The position numbers and the translations under genes were made by a program. From Massalongia carnosa (lineage: Eukaryota), in the NCBI GenBank assembly GCA_965645245.1, contig OZ287071.1:1116001-1180000 (forward strand): a DNA stretch of 64,000 bases, read 5' to 3'. How positions within the stretch are numbered: position 1 is the first letter of the stretch; each line of letters starts with the position of its first letter. Under the pieces are notes generated by a model, which saw only the letters and a list, made by a program, of their open reading frames with translations, was not told the DNA's origin and ran no database searches. Positions 1-11,300 of the stretch are shown here, one piece after another.

Positions 1-1764
1 TGAAAAATTCATTATCCACCACCATCATGCCTGAATCTTATACTATAATTGAAAATCGTATTGCAAAGGCCATTGACGCCTTAAACTCACGCAAAAACGC
101 CAAACTCAGTGCAATTGCGCGGGAATTTAATGTACCTAGAGGAAGACTTCGTTCTCGGGTCAAAGGGGTGTCATCTAAAACGAAAGTACGAGGACTGCAT
201 AATATACGTCTAAAACCCGATCAGGAGTTGGCCCTACGTCTATATCTTTTGAAACTGGATTCTTTGGACATTCCGGCTCGTCTGCATATAGTGGAAGTGG
301 CTGCATACTCCATTCTTCGTCAAACGGCTTCCGATTCGACGCCTCCTCCTCCTCTCGGCTCGCATTGGATCAAAAGATGGCTAAAACGTCAGTCAGATCT
401 TTACAAGGTTAAACGTAAGCCTCTAGCTGCTGAGCGCAAAAATGCGCATGATTTGGAGTTATTGATGGGGCATTTTGAAAAATATCAAGTAGTGAACAAG
501 TATGGAATAAATCCGAAGGATCAGTGGAATTTTGATGAAACTGGGTTTCGTATTGGTATGGCACGAAGTGATTGGATAATCACAGCAGATTCTTCTCGAC
601 AATCATACAGTTCCGATCCATCAAATCGAGAATCGCTGACAGCGGTGGAGTGTATCAACGGGGCTGGTCAGGACATTCCCCCTTTTTTAATTGTGTCTGG
701 CATCAACATCCTCGCTCCCTGGGTCAAAAACGATCTGAGCAATGATGTAGTCATTTCTACAGCTGAATCGGGCTGTACAAATGACTGGTTGAGTTTGCAA
801 TGGATCAAGCATTTCGACAAACACACTGAAAAAATAAGAGAGGGGGCTTGGAGACTTTTGATAATGGACGGTTATGGATCTCATCATACTCGAGAATTTC
901 TAGAATATTGTGAAACGAAAAACATCATTCCATTCGGATTACCATCTCATACCACAAATCTCTTACAACCATTGGATGTGTGTGTTTTTCAACCTCTGAA
1001 ACACTGGCATTCCGAGGCCGTCAATAAAGCAATTCAGAATGGAGATCAAACCTTTTCCAAAGTCGAATTTCTGAATGCATTTAGCAAGTTTCGATCGCTG
1101 GCTTTTAAACCTTCCACCATACAGTCTGCTTGGAGAAAAACAGGCTTGATTCCGTTCAATCCATGCATTGTTCTCGACAAAGTTCGAGAACTTCTTCCTC
1201 CCCCTCCTCGTGAATCAACTCCGTCTCATACAGCCCCCTATCTGTACAAGAAACCCCTCGAACCGTGCGACAGTTGGCCACAGTAGCCACAGAAATCATG
1301 ACGCATTCAGCTTGCTCGGATGACCTCGTACAAATTGTTAGCAAATTTGTAAAGGGAGCTGTTGCCGAGGTTCGAAAAGGCGATCTTCTGGAACAACGCT
1401 GGGAACAACAAATCAAGGCCCAAACTGCTCGGAAAGCTCGTAAACGAGAGGCCAATAAGATTCTTCATCACGGAGGCGTACTTACTGTTGGTGAGGCCCG
1501 TTCAATGGTTCGTGGTAGGGAGGAGCGGGAGGAGATAAGGGAGAAAGAGCGAAACGTCGCATGGGAAAAGCGTTATTGTACGGCTCTTACCAAAGTGGTT
1601 AGGCAGTCAAAAGCGCATAGAAAGATGCTTATGACTAGAAGCATTAATAGTCACAAAAGATGGATGATGATCATGAAGGAATTGCTGAAAAAAACCCCGA
1701 TGTATGTAGAATAGTTGATTTTTGGCTGTATGGCTGGTCCTGGCTGTATGGCTGGCTAGCACTA
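1..1764 (+). mobile_element. Fot1/pogo-like (Tc1/mariner superfamily) DNA transposon; left end lies outside the window
   Basis: Transposase ORFs 27..1286 and 1265..1714. Candidate right TIR 1723..1762 contains two 15-bp direct repeats (TGGCTGTATGGCTGG at 1723 and 1741) and is followed by TA (1763-1764), the TIR layout typical of Fot1-type elements. Confidence 0.85.
27..1714 (+). pseudogene. DDE_1/CENP-B-type transposase, DD35D, split by a -1 frameshift near 1234-1238
   Basis: N-terminal HTH (AIAREFNVPRGRLRSR) and catalytic motifs NFDETGF, MDGYGSH and QPLDVCVF, with 35 residues between the 2nd and 3rd Asp. The C-terminal part (ETPRTVRQL...GGVLTVGEAR) continues in another frame after a C5 run. 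Confidence 0.88.
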
Positions 1765-2216
1765 AGCGAGTCGACCGAGCGAAAGTGTGGGGCACGAATA
1801 CTCTAGCCAGAGGCGGACAGCGCCCGTGTATGATATGTTTTATCAGCCGCAAAACAGATACGGCACATAGTATACGTACGTACCTGCACCTTTTGGATAA
1901 CGACTCTATTATTACCTATTGTCTCTCTACTCCATACTCCGTACCTTGTGACTAATAGTATGATCGACTCCACGACACCTAATCTATAAAGCCCGTGTCC
2001 GGTTTGAGAATGAACAATGTGTCCTATTAAGAGTCGGATGAATGCCAATTTTCGTTGAGCCAATTGCAGACGGCTTCGTTAACCAATCAATGACTCCGTG
2101 CATCCTCAATGACTGGAGAATTTATCGGCAACATCACACCTCTTCGAGATGCCAATCAACATTTCGTCGTCTCACCGAAAAGTCAATCATCTAGAAGAAT
2201 TTTCTCTGCGTTAGTT

Positions 2217-3361
2217 ATGGTTTACTACATTCGCTTTCTGAAACCTCCCAAATTCTCACTCGTCAGGCACTCACGCCCAATCATCAAAGCCCTTATTACC
2301 ATTACCTCGGATCTTGGTGATAGAATCTATGAAGGCAGTCAATCCCTTTGGATAACATTCATTTCTTCTAATTTGGATAAATCCTCAACATGTACGGGCA
2401 AGGACTTTCTTTGGAAGGCGGGTATGAGAAGCCTTTGGATTGAGATAGATCATGGACAACTTTCACAAGTCACTTGGCCTGCGCAGATGGTTGTTGCTGC
2501 TCACAGCAGACCTCTTATAGACATGTTTTCCTTAGATAACATCCCAGAGTTTGTTGGTGTCTGGAGTGATAGCATTGATACGGACGTTTCGAAAGGGTAC
2601 AGTCCCTGGGTAATGAGAAGACTCGAGCCTATGGAAGGAGTTTCACTGAATATACGCGAAGAGACTGGCGAAAGCATTGCTCGTCATGTATGGTAGGTGT
2701 GGAGAAAGGTCTACACTGCTTGGCTGACTCCGTTAGGGATGGTGGAATCGCACTGGCCGCATGTTTGAGCAGTACGATGCTGCAGCCCCTGCATGATAGA
2801 TCTCTTCAGTCACTGAAAGCGATATTGCACGTTGCTGAGCCCGAAACGCTTAATGTGCTTGAGCTTGGCAGCGGCTGTGGACTTGTGGGCATTGCTTTTG
2901 CTTCTGTACGCCCCAAGTGCCGTATATTATTGACCGATCTACCCGACGCCATGGACATTTTAGACTACAACATATCTCATTCGCAGCTAGCCGTGGGGGC
3001 CGTAGTCGAGAAGTTAGTGCTAGACTGGGACGACAAGCTTCCAACATCAGTTATGCAAGAACAATATGGTCTTATCCTCGTTTCCGAGTGCACCTACAAC
3101 GAGATAACCATTCCTGCTCTAGTCAGGACGTTGTCTGTTCTCATTGCTCAATCACCTGCTGCGTCGGTTGTGGTAGGTACGAAAGTGCGGCACTCTAGCG
3201 AGGCTGTCTTCTTCAACCTGATGTCCGAAATCGGGTTTGTCGTGGTTGAGCAGCTAGCTATCCCTTTACCCGATCTGCAAATGGAATTGAACGAGCAGTG
3301 CTTGGAAAACGTTGACGTCTACGTTTTCTGCAAGCGCTTAGATGCCTCGTCAGCCTGTTGA
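2217..3361 (+). CDS. Putative protein-lysine methyltransferase (METTL21/EFM-like, Methyltransf_16 family); 2 exons, intron 2693..2736
   Basis: Start MVYYIRFLKPP. Splicing restores EETGESIARHVW-DGG. SAM motif VLELGSGCGLVG, plus LTDLP and LDW motifs. Confidence 0.85.
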
Positions 3362-4113
3362 TAAGCCGGAGAAATCCAGGAGGAGCAGCGCTGAGGTCGA
3401 TAGAATGGAGATTACGGCAGGGAGTATGGTACGGGGTGTTTGGTTGGCAACGCGTATATATGATGCCTGATGATGCCTTCTTATCCCAGTGGCCCATTTG
3501 AGCGAGTGGCTGCGAATGAGCGGGACATCCTCAGGATCACACGATTACCAGGCAGTTTGCCCTACAGGCCGAGGACATAGATGCAAAGACAAGAGACCTT
3601 TCCAATGTTCGTTCATGCATGCCATGCAGCTACCATGCATGCATCTGGCTTGCGATGAGGTTTGTGATTGGATGCGTACCTACTCGATGAGCTGTACGGA
3701 GTTCACTAAGAATGTTCGGGATGCTAAGAATGAACCAAGTCGGTGAACAAGAGGGCTAGCTAATGTATCCAGGCGTGAGTGGTTTAGAAGAGAGTTTACT
3801 TACTCCGTAGCTTCCTTGCATTTGACTCTGGACAGAGTCACACACTGATGCCTATTCCGTATTCTGTATAATCCGAGTTTGTAATTCAGATTAACATAGC
3901 CGATTATGTCATGAATCTTGTGGGCGGTGTAAAAAAGTCTAAAAATGCACCCACAAAAGAATGATCCAGCAAACATTGGATAATTTATATTCTCTTCTCT
4001 GGTGCCATTTCCACTTGACTTTCACTTGACTTTCACTCCAATACATCTTGCATTCCTATCCAAGCCTGTATCTTTCATGAAACTCTCGCACTCTTAAAAT
4101 CCGCTACTCAAAG

Positions 4114-4218
4114 ACGGCTTACCCAGCCCTTTCCCAATTCATCCTTCGAGATCCCTCCACACGCCCATATCCAGATATCCTTAATAACCTCCCCCCTCCT
4201 GCCACGGTCCCCGCATAG
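4114..4218 (+). promoter_or_regulatory. ACG-initiated upstream ORF (uCC-like, 34 codons) in the ODC 5' leader
   Basis: CAAAG-ACG-G is a near-cognate start in strong context (-3 A, +4 G). It reads (M)AYPALSQFILRDPSTRPYPDILNNLPPPATVPA* and lies about 210 nt upstream of the ODC AUG. Confidence 0.7.
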
Positions 4219-4428
4219 GCCATTTGTCTTATTTGATATCCTACTCAGCGCTCACTTCCCGTCGTCAGGTCCTCATCTGCCGCATAGGTTGTCCTTACGG
4301 GTTCTTCCTCTTCTCGAAGAGGAAGGGTCGAGAAGGCCTCGTGCCATAAGTCTCGGGGCGGATATATTCAGGCCTCCCTAACATAAACTTCTGTGAACGT
4401 TATCAAATCTTTCAAGTCATAAACTTGT

Positions 4429-5816
4429 ATGTCGATGGCACCATCGGCGACTAATATCGAACAATCATATGTACAGCCATATCAAAAAGAATACGGAACC
4501 GCTATCCAGGAAATTGCCCCTTTGAGTACGAATGGCTTCGGATATATTCGTAACGGAACGGATATTGGGAGAGCTCTGGTCAAGAACATCTTGAAGCAGC
4601 GAGTAGAGAGCATCGATACCAATGCTTGTGAAGCAGGCCAGGAAGATGCATTCTTCGTCGCTGATATGGGGGAGGTTTATCGCCAGCATTTGCGCTGGAA
4701 GCTAAAATTGAGACGAGTAAAGCCCCATTATGGTAAGTATTAGTCCGGAGCTATGGTGAACAAGTCTGACGGTGCAAAGCTGTGAAATGTAATCCTGATC
4801 CGGAAGTTCTCCGGTTACTTGCAGCGCTTGATACGGGCTTCGACTGCGCATCTAAGACTGAGATCGAGCAAGTGCTGGCGATTGGCGTTGATCCGTCCAG
4901 GGTTATCTATGCCCAACCGTGCAAGACCAAATCATACATCCGTTACGCTGCTCAGCAAGGGGTGAAGCAGATGACTTTTGACAACGCAGATGAGCTGTAT
5001 AAGACCAAGGCCTTATTTCCAGATGCCGAGCTTTTCTTAAGGATCTTGACAGACGACTCCACCAGTTCATGCAGGCTGAGTCTGAAATTTGGTGCTTCAC
5101 TTGACGGAACAAAGGAGCTTTTGCTATTAGCCAAGGCTTTGGACCTTAACGTTGTCGGAGTCAGCTTCCATGTAGGATCTGGCGCATCTGATCCACAAGC
5201 TTTTGCCAAAGCTGTGCAAGACTCGCGGATTGTTTTCGATCAAGCCGAAGAGATTGGGTTTAAGATGAAGACGTTGGATGTAGGCGGAGGTTTCTCCGGT
5301 GATCTGTTTGAGGAGATGGCCCATGTCCTTAGCGAGGCCCTTGACGATTACTTTCCACCCAGCGTTCGCATCATAGGAGAACCAGGCCGATACTACGTCG
5401 CCTCGGCTTTCACCCTTGCTTGTAACATAATTGCTCGCCGCGACATTCAAGATCCCGTCACACGCCTGACCTCCTACATGCTGTACATCAATGACGGCGT
5501 CTATGGAAATTTCTCCAACATCATCTTCGATCATCAGAACCCCTTCCCGTGCGTGCTGAGTAGCCCTCGCGATGGAGACGACTTGTCCACCCGAGCCACG
5601 GACTACTCTATCTGGGGCCCTTCCTGCGACGGCATCGACCGCATCTCGGAGCATTGCATATTACGTGGCGTCTTGGACGTAGGTGACTGGTTATACTTTG
5701 AGGAAATGGGAGCTTATACCAAATGCTCTGCTACGAGGTTCAACGGCTTCACCAACAACCACGACGTCATTTATATTTCGAGCGAGCCAGGAGCATCGGC
5801 TTTGCTCAATTACTAA
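4429..5816 (+). CDS. SPE1: Ornithine decarboxylase; intron 4733..4779
   Basis: Spliced PLP-lysine motif PHYAVKCN, plus FDCAS, SFHVGSG, LDVGGGF, EPGRY, WGPSCDG and MGAYT. Confidence 0.97.
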
Positions 5817-6902
5817 CTTTATGAATCATGTCGAAATGTAGCGATGAACTGGGTATTTCTTGTGTTCAGCCCAGATATTTTTTTCTTTCAGTCAAGTAAT
5901 AGAGCAGAGGTGTTTTTAGACAGGGAGCTTTAGGTTAGAACAGGGTTTTTTCTCTTGCATTTGCATTGGGTTAGGCTAGCCTTGCTATTTTTTGTACAAT
6001 AAACCATGGTTCCTTCTCTGCACATAGGTTAGAAGCTTTAGGGAGCTTTCGAGAATAAAACGTACATACCCTCGAGCTTGTTTTCACTATGCTCATTTCG
6101 CAAGCTTGTTTCCTTGCTTCAAGCACACGGATGCGAATAGATCCCCTTCAATCGCCAATTGCTCCTATCCTTCACTTTTAAACCCGACAACTAGCTGTGC
6201 AGTTTGCATCCATGTACGTTCTTTCCTCCTCCCCAAACTTGACTTCCCTTCACCAGAACAATCCATGTTCAACCTTTCATCCGGCGTTTTTGCTCCTCTT
6301 CATCTCCTTCCCGTCCACCCCAAGTTCTAAACCTTTCAACATCCATCTCTCCTCTCCCTCTCCATCCACGCTATTTTATATAAATGTTGGGGGCGAGGAC
6401 AAGGAAATACGCAGGCAGGTATGGATAGGATAAAAGAATGGATGGAATTGCAAGGGTAATGCGAGAAATGGAAGAATTAGAGGGAGATAGGAGGAAGGGA
6501 GAGACTTTGTTTCATCAGATTTGTCTGCGTCTTTATCTTTTGATTATTTTTTTCCATTAGGAGAGGAGACGACTGGATACGAAAGGAGGAAGAAAGAAAC
6601 AGACCTGGGCTTCATACCCCGGGAAAGGGGGGGTGACGAAGGAGGGTAGCATGGAAACCGTAGAGGTGGAAGGGGATTTTAATATAGACGTTTTTATGAA
6701 TCCGAAAAGGATATAGCTATGTGAATATGATATCTGGTGGCTTGAAAAACATTTGCACACCTGGATTCTCATACAACTTAACAAATTTCTGCTTGTATTA
6801 ATTTATCCAAGAAAGAGATGGGAAACACATCGAAAACACAAATCTCCCACACCCCACTCATTCAAAACGCCCGCTAAAAGCAAACCCTCCTCCGCCAATA
6901 TC

Positions 6903-8063
6903 TCATAATCTCCCCCCACCCGTGGCTTTCGGATGAATCCGAGCAGGACTCCCTAAATATGGTTCCCCAGGCTTGAACCCCGCGTGGGCCATCATGTCGG
7001 TGAAGGTGGTTGGAGGTCTCCTGAACACTTCACTCGGAGGCGAGTAAATCTTGATGCTCTCCATGCTGGGTTCTTTGCGCATCTCTGGCGTGCGCACAGG
7101 GGTTTTGACGCTCCTTCCAACCCCATCCGCGTTCTTGATCGTGGGCGAGCGCGAGAAAAGTGACTTAACCGCTGCTATTGAGCTACGTTTTTGTTGCTGC
7201 CCCTGCTGCTTAGATCTAGACTCATGCCGCAGGAAATCGGTGCGGAAGGCGTTGTTTTGAGGTTGGTAAATGGGATCTGAGACTGTGGCTGCGACGCTGC
7301 CGAAGTCGCTGCTTTCGCGTTTGTTCGTAGAGCGTTGGCGACGACCAATGCAGATGATTGCAATGATTGTAAGGAGGATACCAAGGAGGAGGCCCGGAAA
7401 GAATCCTGCAAGGATGGCGATGGCGGGAAATCTGTCGCACTGCGCAACAACGGTTCCGTTTTTGACGGCTGCTTGGGTCGGGGTGCTTTTGGCTATGGTG
7501 AATGTTTGAGTAGAGCTCTTGGATGACGAAGATAACGATGAAGATAAGGTTGAAGATGGAAGCTTACTTGTGGTTGAGAAGGTAGTCTGTGAGGATGAGG
7601 TAGATGGCTTGGACGTCGTAGATGTAGATGCACTTGAAGAGGTGCTTGCCTTCATGATACACTGCTTGTTTTGGCACGAGAAGCCTTTCGGACAGCAAGC
7701 GCTCCCGCAAGTCTCAAGCGGTTCTTGTAAATCGATGCTATGCAACTCAGCTTCGGGATGTAGCGTGGCATTCTGGAACGTTATGTCGCAGAGGATGGGC
7801 GCGATGGTGTTGCAGTCTCCCGAGGGGCAACACACCACTGAGGCGGCATTATTAAATACTACACACTGAGAGCCTGAAGGACAGCAGAAGCTGGAGGGTA
7901 GTCCTGCTTGGGTGCAAGGTAAATAACCTGAGGTGCTGCAAGAATTCGCAGCTCGAGGAAGAAGAGCTATTGTGTCAACAGCTCTCGAGAGTGCCGTCGC
8001 GGACGGAACTATAAATGATATTAGGCACGCGGCGGTGAGTTGAAGCAAAGTTATTTTGCCCAT
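6903..8063 (-). CDS. Single-pass membrane protein: signal peptide, Cys-rich domain, Ser/Thr stalk, TM helix, cytoplasmic tail (Mid2/WSC-like architecture)
   Basis: MGKITLLQLTAACLISFIVPSATA signal-like start, repeated CCP motifs, S/T-rich tract, hydrophobic AIAILAGFFPGLLLGILLTIIAIICI followed by basic GRRQR. Confidence 0.8.
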   Translation of the reverse strand: MGKITLLQLTAACLISFIVPSATALSRAVDTIALLPRAANSCSTSGYLPCTQAGLPSSFCCPSGSQCVVFNNAASVVCCPSGDCNTIAPILCDITFQNATLHPEAELHSIDLQEPLETCGSACCPKGFSCQNKQCIMKASTSSSASTSTTSKPSTSSSQTTFSTTSKLPSSTLSSSLSSSSKSSTQTFTIAKSTPTQAAVKNGTVVAQCDRFPAIAILAGFFPGLLLGILLTIIAIICIGRRQRSTNKRESSDFGSVAATVSDPIYQPQNNAFRTDFLRHESRSKQQGQQQKRSSIAAVKSLFSRSPTIKNADGVGRSVKTPVRTPEMRKEPSMESIKIYSPPSEVFRRPPTTFTDMMAHAGFKPGEPYLGSPARIHPKATGGGRL

Positions 8064-8803
8064 TATGGACCTGGTGTTAAAATGTCCAGAAGAGTTTTGG
8101 GGTAAGTATGGAAGTGGCAATGAAGTGTAAGAAGGACGAAGTTGAAAGAAGAAAGAATAGTTAATCAAGCGTGTGAAACAAAGAAAAATTTTCGGCGTGA
8201 CTGGCTAGATGTCAGGGAAGAACAATGCAAGACCAGCTATGCATCGTTGAATAAGAGGCGAAGATATCAATGATATATTCTTGGAACAAGGCATGACGAC
8301 AAGGGCGGTGGGAAAGAAGGCCGGCTTTGGTTGGCCTAGGCGGGTAGGATGGAGTGGGCATGAATTGTCAACATCTCGAGATACTTCACTTCGTCATCGT
8401 GAGCAAGTGCCCAGAACAAACATAGGCGTGCCACGCGCCTAAGTGCAGGTAATTGGGCGAGAGATGAATAGAGGAATGAATGGCCTTCAAGACTAGATGG
8501 TGAGTCTGTTGCATCAAGAGGCTACTACTCGACGTTTGTTTGCGGTTTAAGTTGACTTGAAACATCGCGAAATAGAAAGCGTGAAGTTGCGCGGTTGCAG
8601 CGTGAGAAGATGAGAAGCTATTCACGGAAAGGAGCGCGTTGATTGGTTGAGACTAAAGAGTGCATATTTATAGCGCTAAATCGTTTGGGGCAAATACGAA
8701 ACAAGACCTTCCCGATACGGGTTAGTGAATTATACAAAGTATCTGGTATCGAAACGTTTGACGATGAGCTGCCAAAAAGCATCAACTTCCCACATCGTTT
8801 TTC

Positions 8804-9944
8804 ATGATAATATCAAACCCATTGCGGCAGCAGACTGCTCTGCTAGCTCGTACATATCGCCCTGTAGGTAGTCACTGATGTATCCCTGCGTCAGATTCTT
8901 ACGCTGATAAAATCAACAGAGCAATGGTCTACGTTCAATAAACCTACACCAACGGCGGTATCGCCATCAAGTCCCTCAACTCACACATCAGGCCCATTTC
9001 GAAGAACATGGACTGCCACCTGTCTTCTCTCCAGAGGGATTCGACATGGCCTGGACCCAGTACCAGGGCTACATGGTCAACAAACTGAATCTATTGACAG
9101 AGGGTACTTTATATCAAATCAAGCGAAGTCTATAAAGGAAGCCTTCTAACAACTGTTAAAGGGACCCCGATGGCATACAAACACCCTAAAGAAATCGCCC
9201 TTGCATATGCCCGCGATGGCAGCAATGCCTCCCTGTTTAACCATGCCTCCATGGCCCACAATAATCACCATTTCTTCGAAGCACTCGTAACCCACCCACC
9301 CATTTTGTACACTAACAGACTTCTAATTTATCCGTCCTGTCTCTGCCTAGAGCCCTACACCAAAGCCAATGCCCCAACAGCTTGCCCAAAGCGTAGCCGC
9401 CTCGTTCTCCTCGATCGAATCCTTCCGCGCTACCTTTCTCGCTACGGCAGAAGCCATGTTTGGCCCCGGCTGTGTATGGCTTGTAAAGCACAATGCGGGA
9501 AACCTGCCTGCTCCGCGCAACCTTGCCATCTTAGCTACCTACCTCGCTGGCTCCCCTTATCCCGGCGCTCACTTCCGTAAGCAGCCCATCGACGTCAATA
9601 CCCTAACCACAAACATCACGGGGAACATGAAGCCCGTACATTTCGCCGCGCTTAATACACTGCAGCTGGCTGCCGGCAGTTTCGGGAGCAGCAGCGCGGG
9701 TAACAAGCAGTTGGCCCCCGGAGGGGCGGACCTGGAGGTGCTGCTAGCGGTGAATACGTGGGAGCACGTGTGGCTGATGGATCATGGGATTGATGGGAAA
9801 AGACGATATCTGGAGCATTGGTGGGATCATGTGGATTGGGCGGTGGTATCTGGGAGGGCGAACTGGGATATTGGGCCGCAAATCACGAAGTATCAAAAAC
9901 AAGTCGTGAGAATAGATATGGGAAGGATGAGCCAGCGGCTGTAA
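8804..9944 (+). CDS. Mitochondrial small-subunit ribosomal protein with Fe/Mn-SOD fold (Rsm26/mS42-like); 4 exons
   Basis: Basic presequence MIISNPLRQQ. Spliced segments FSPEGFDMAWTQYQ, LFNHASMAHNNHHFFEAL, AMFGPGCVWLV and VNTWEHVWLMDHG...VDW. SOD fold without the full metal-ligand set. Confidence 0.85.
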
Positions 9945-10094
9945 GTTGGCATATAAAGAAATCTTCTGCAGCTTTTTTATGTTATTACTGTCTTCCCCTG
10001 GGCAATTCTCCCTTCGATTTAAATGTTTTCTCCTAGAAATATTGATGGGATTTCTTACGGATGACTGTGTTCTTGGGTCATTATTTTTCTTTTC

Positions 10095-10820
10095 ACTACA
10101 GATCACCTTCTGGCCCCTCACCAGCCTTCTCTCGTTCCTCCGCCAGTAAAAATTCATTCACTCACCTGTCAAACCCTTCCCAAATCCTTGAGTCCTCTCG
10201 TTCTCATCTTCTATCCTCTTCAAACCCCTTCATTGATCTATTCATCCTCAGACGCCATCAAAAGCCACAGAGCAGCACTCTCGAGATATGATATGAAACC
10301 AACCGAGAAAGCTATTTCTCCGCTAGCAAGTTGATGATACGTATGTTTCGTCGTGAAAAGACAAATACCATCATTTATTGAAAGCAGGAAGAGGAAAGGT
10401 GACGAGAAGATTTTCTTTTTCTTTCTCCTTTTTCTCTTTTTCTTACTTTCAGAACGTCATTGAAGCTTCTTCCCTTTCTTAAAACCTTAACCAAAACTTG
10501 AAATAGAAAAGAAGCAATAGATTTGTAAGCAGAAAAAAAGAAAGAATAGAGCCCATTCAGACCCCCTTCGAGCCCTTTCTCTTTCTTCTAACGATGTTTC
10601 CGAATCATGTACTATACGGAAAGACGAATCGGATATTACTCGAACCTTTCCCCTTTTTAAATCTTGCTCAAATTTACTAATCTCCATCCTACTCTGTTTT
10701 CCCAATCCACACCTACATAAATACTTGAATCTCCAACTTCCGCTTTCACTTTCGTTCTCTCAACTGCCTGGCTGTTCGCGTTTAGGATGGGATGGGGATT
10801 TGGCTTGGGCTTTTTCATTC
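10095..10820 (-). pseudogene. Possible decayed gene of unknown family
   Basis: Protein-like segments (MKKPKPNPHPILNANSQ; KFEQDLKRGKVRVISDSSFRIVHD; YLESAALWLLMASEDE*...IWEGFDR*VNEFLLAEE) interrupted by stops. No family recognised. Confidence 0.3.
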
Positions 10821-10999
10821 GTAAGGTGTTGGATGAGACTGATGGTTTGAGGGAACAGCTATCGCTACACCTTTCAGTTGAACCCCCCCCCCCCCGAAGG
10901 AGTGTCAAAATTTTAAATTTCCACCGATCAAATCTTTCGAATTTTAGACCTCGGCACTTGACGAAACTCTTGCACCTTTTCTTCATCTTTCATAGCATC

Positions 11000-11300
11000 A
11001 TGGAGCTGAGATCATCATCTCAAGATGAGTTCTTTTCTTGTTTCGATCCTTTGTTTACTACGCTCAACAGATACGTCGAGGAAGAGAGCTACTCTATGTC
11101 ATCAATATAAAAGGATTCAAGAAAAGCAAACAAAGCGTTGTCAGAAAGAGGTGAGCCGAGAGGACGGAAAAGGGCAGAAAGGACAGGAAGGACGAAGTGG
11201 GCAAGGTGGACAAGGTGGTGAAGGGATTGAAGTACGATTTCTATGAGACCCCGATCGGAGCGGATGAAGTTCTCTGAGACATGATAACACGATTCCTGAA
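11000..11300 (+). mobile_element. Degenerate Mutator-like (MULE/FAR1-type) transposase N-terminal relic
   Basis: MELRSSSQDEF...LFTTLNRYVEEESYS, then in a shifted frame VINIKGFKKSKQSVVRK. Resembles the fungal MULE start PPPxGxF...LFxAxNxHAxxxGYAVVIxRSKK once C>T/G>A transitions are reversed. Confidence 0.5.

Noticed and set aside
5127..5654. Long antisense ORFs opposite ODC and other genes (also FAT1, GCD11, PYC)
   Set aside because: Expected shadow ORFs of codon-biased coding sequence, with no independent motifs.
9369..9944. Fe/Mn superoxide dismutase
   Set aside because: The metal-binding signature is altered (NTWEHVW rather than DxWEHAY). It fits the SOD-fold mitoribosomal protein better.
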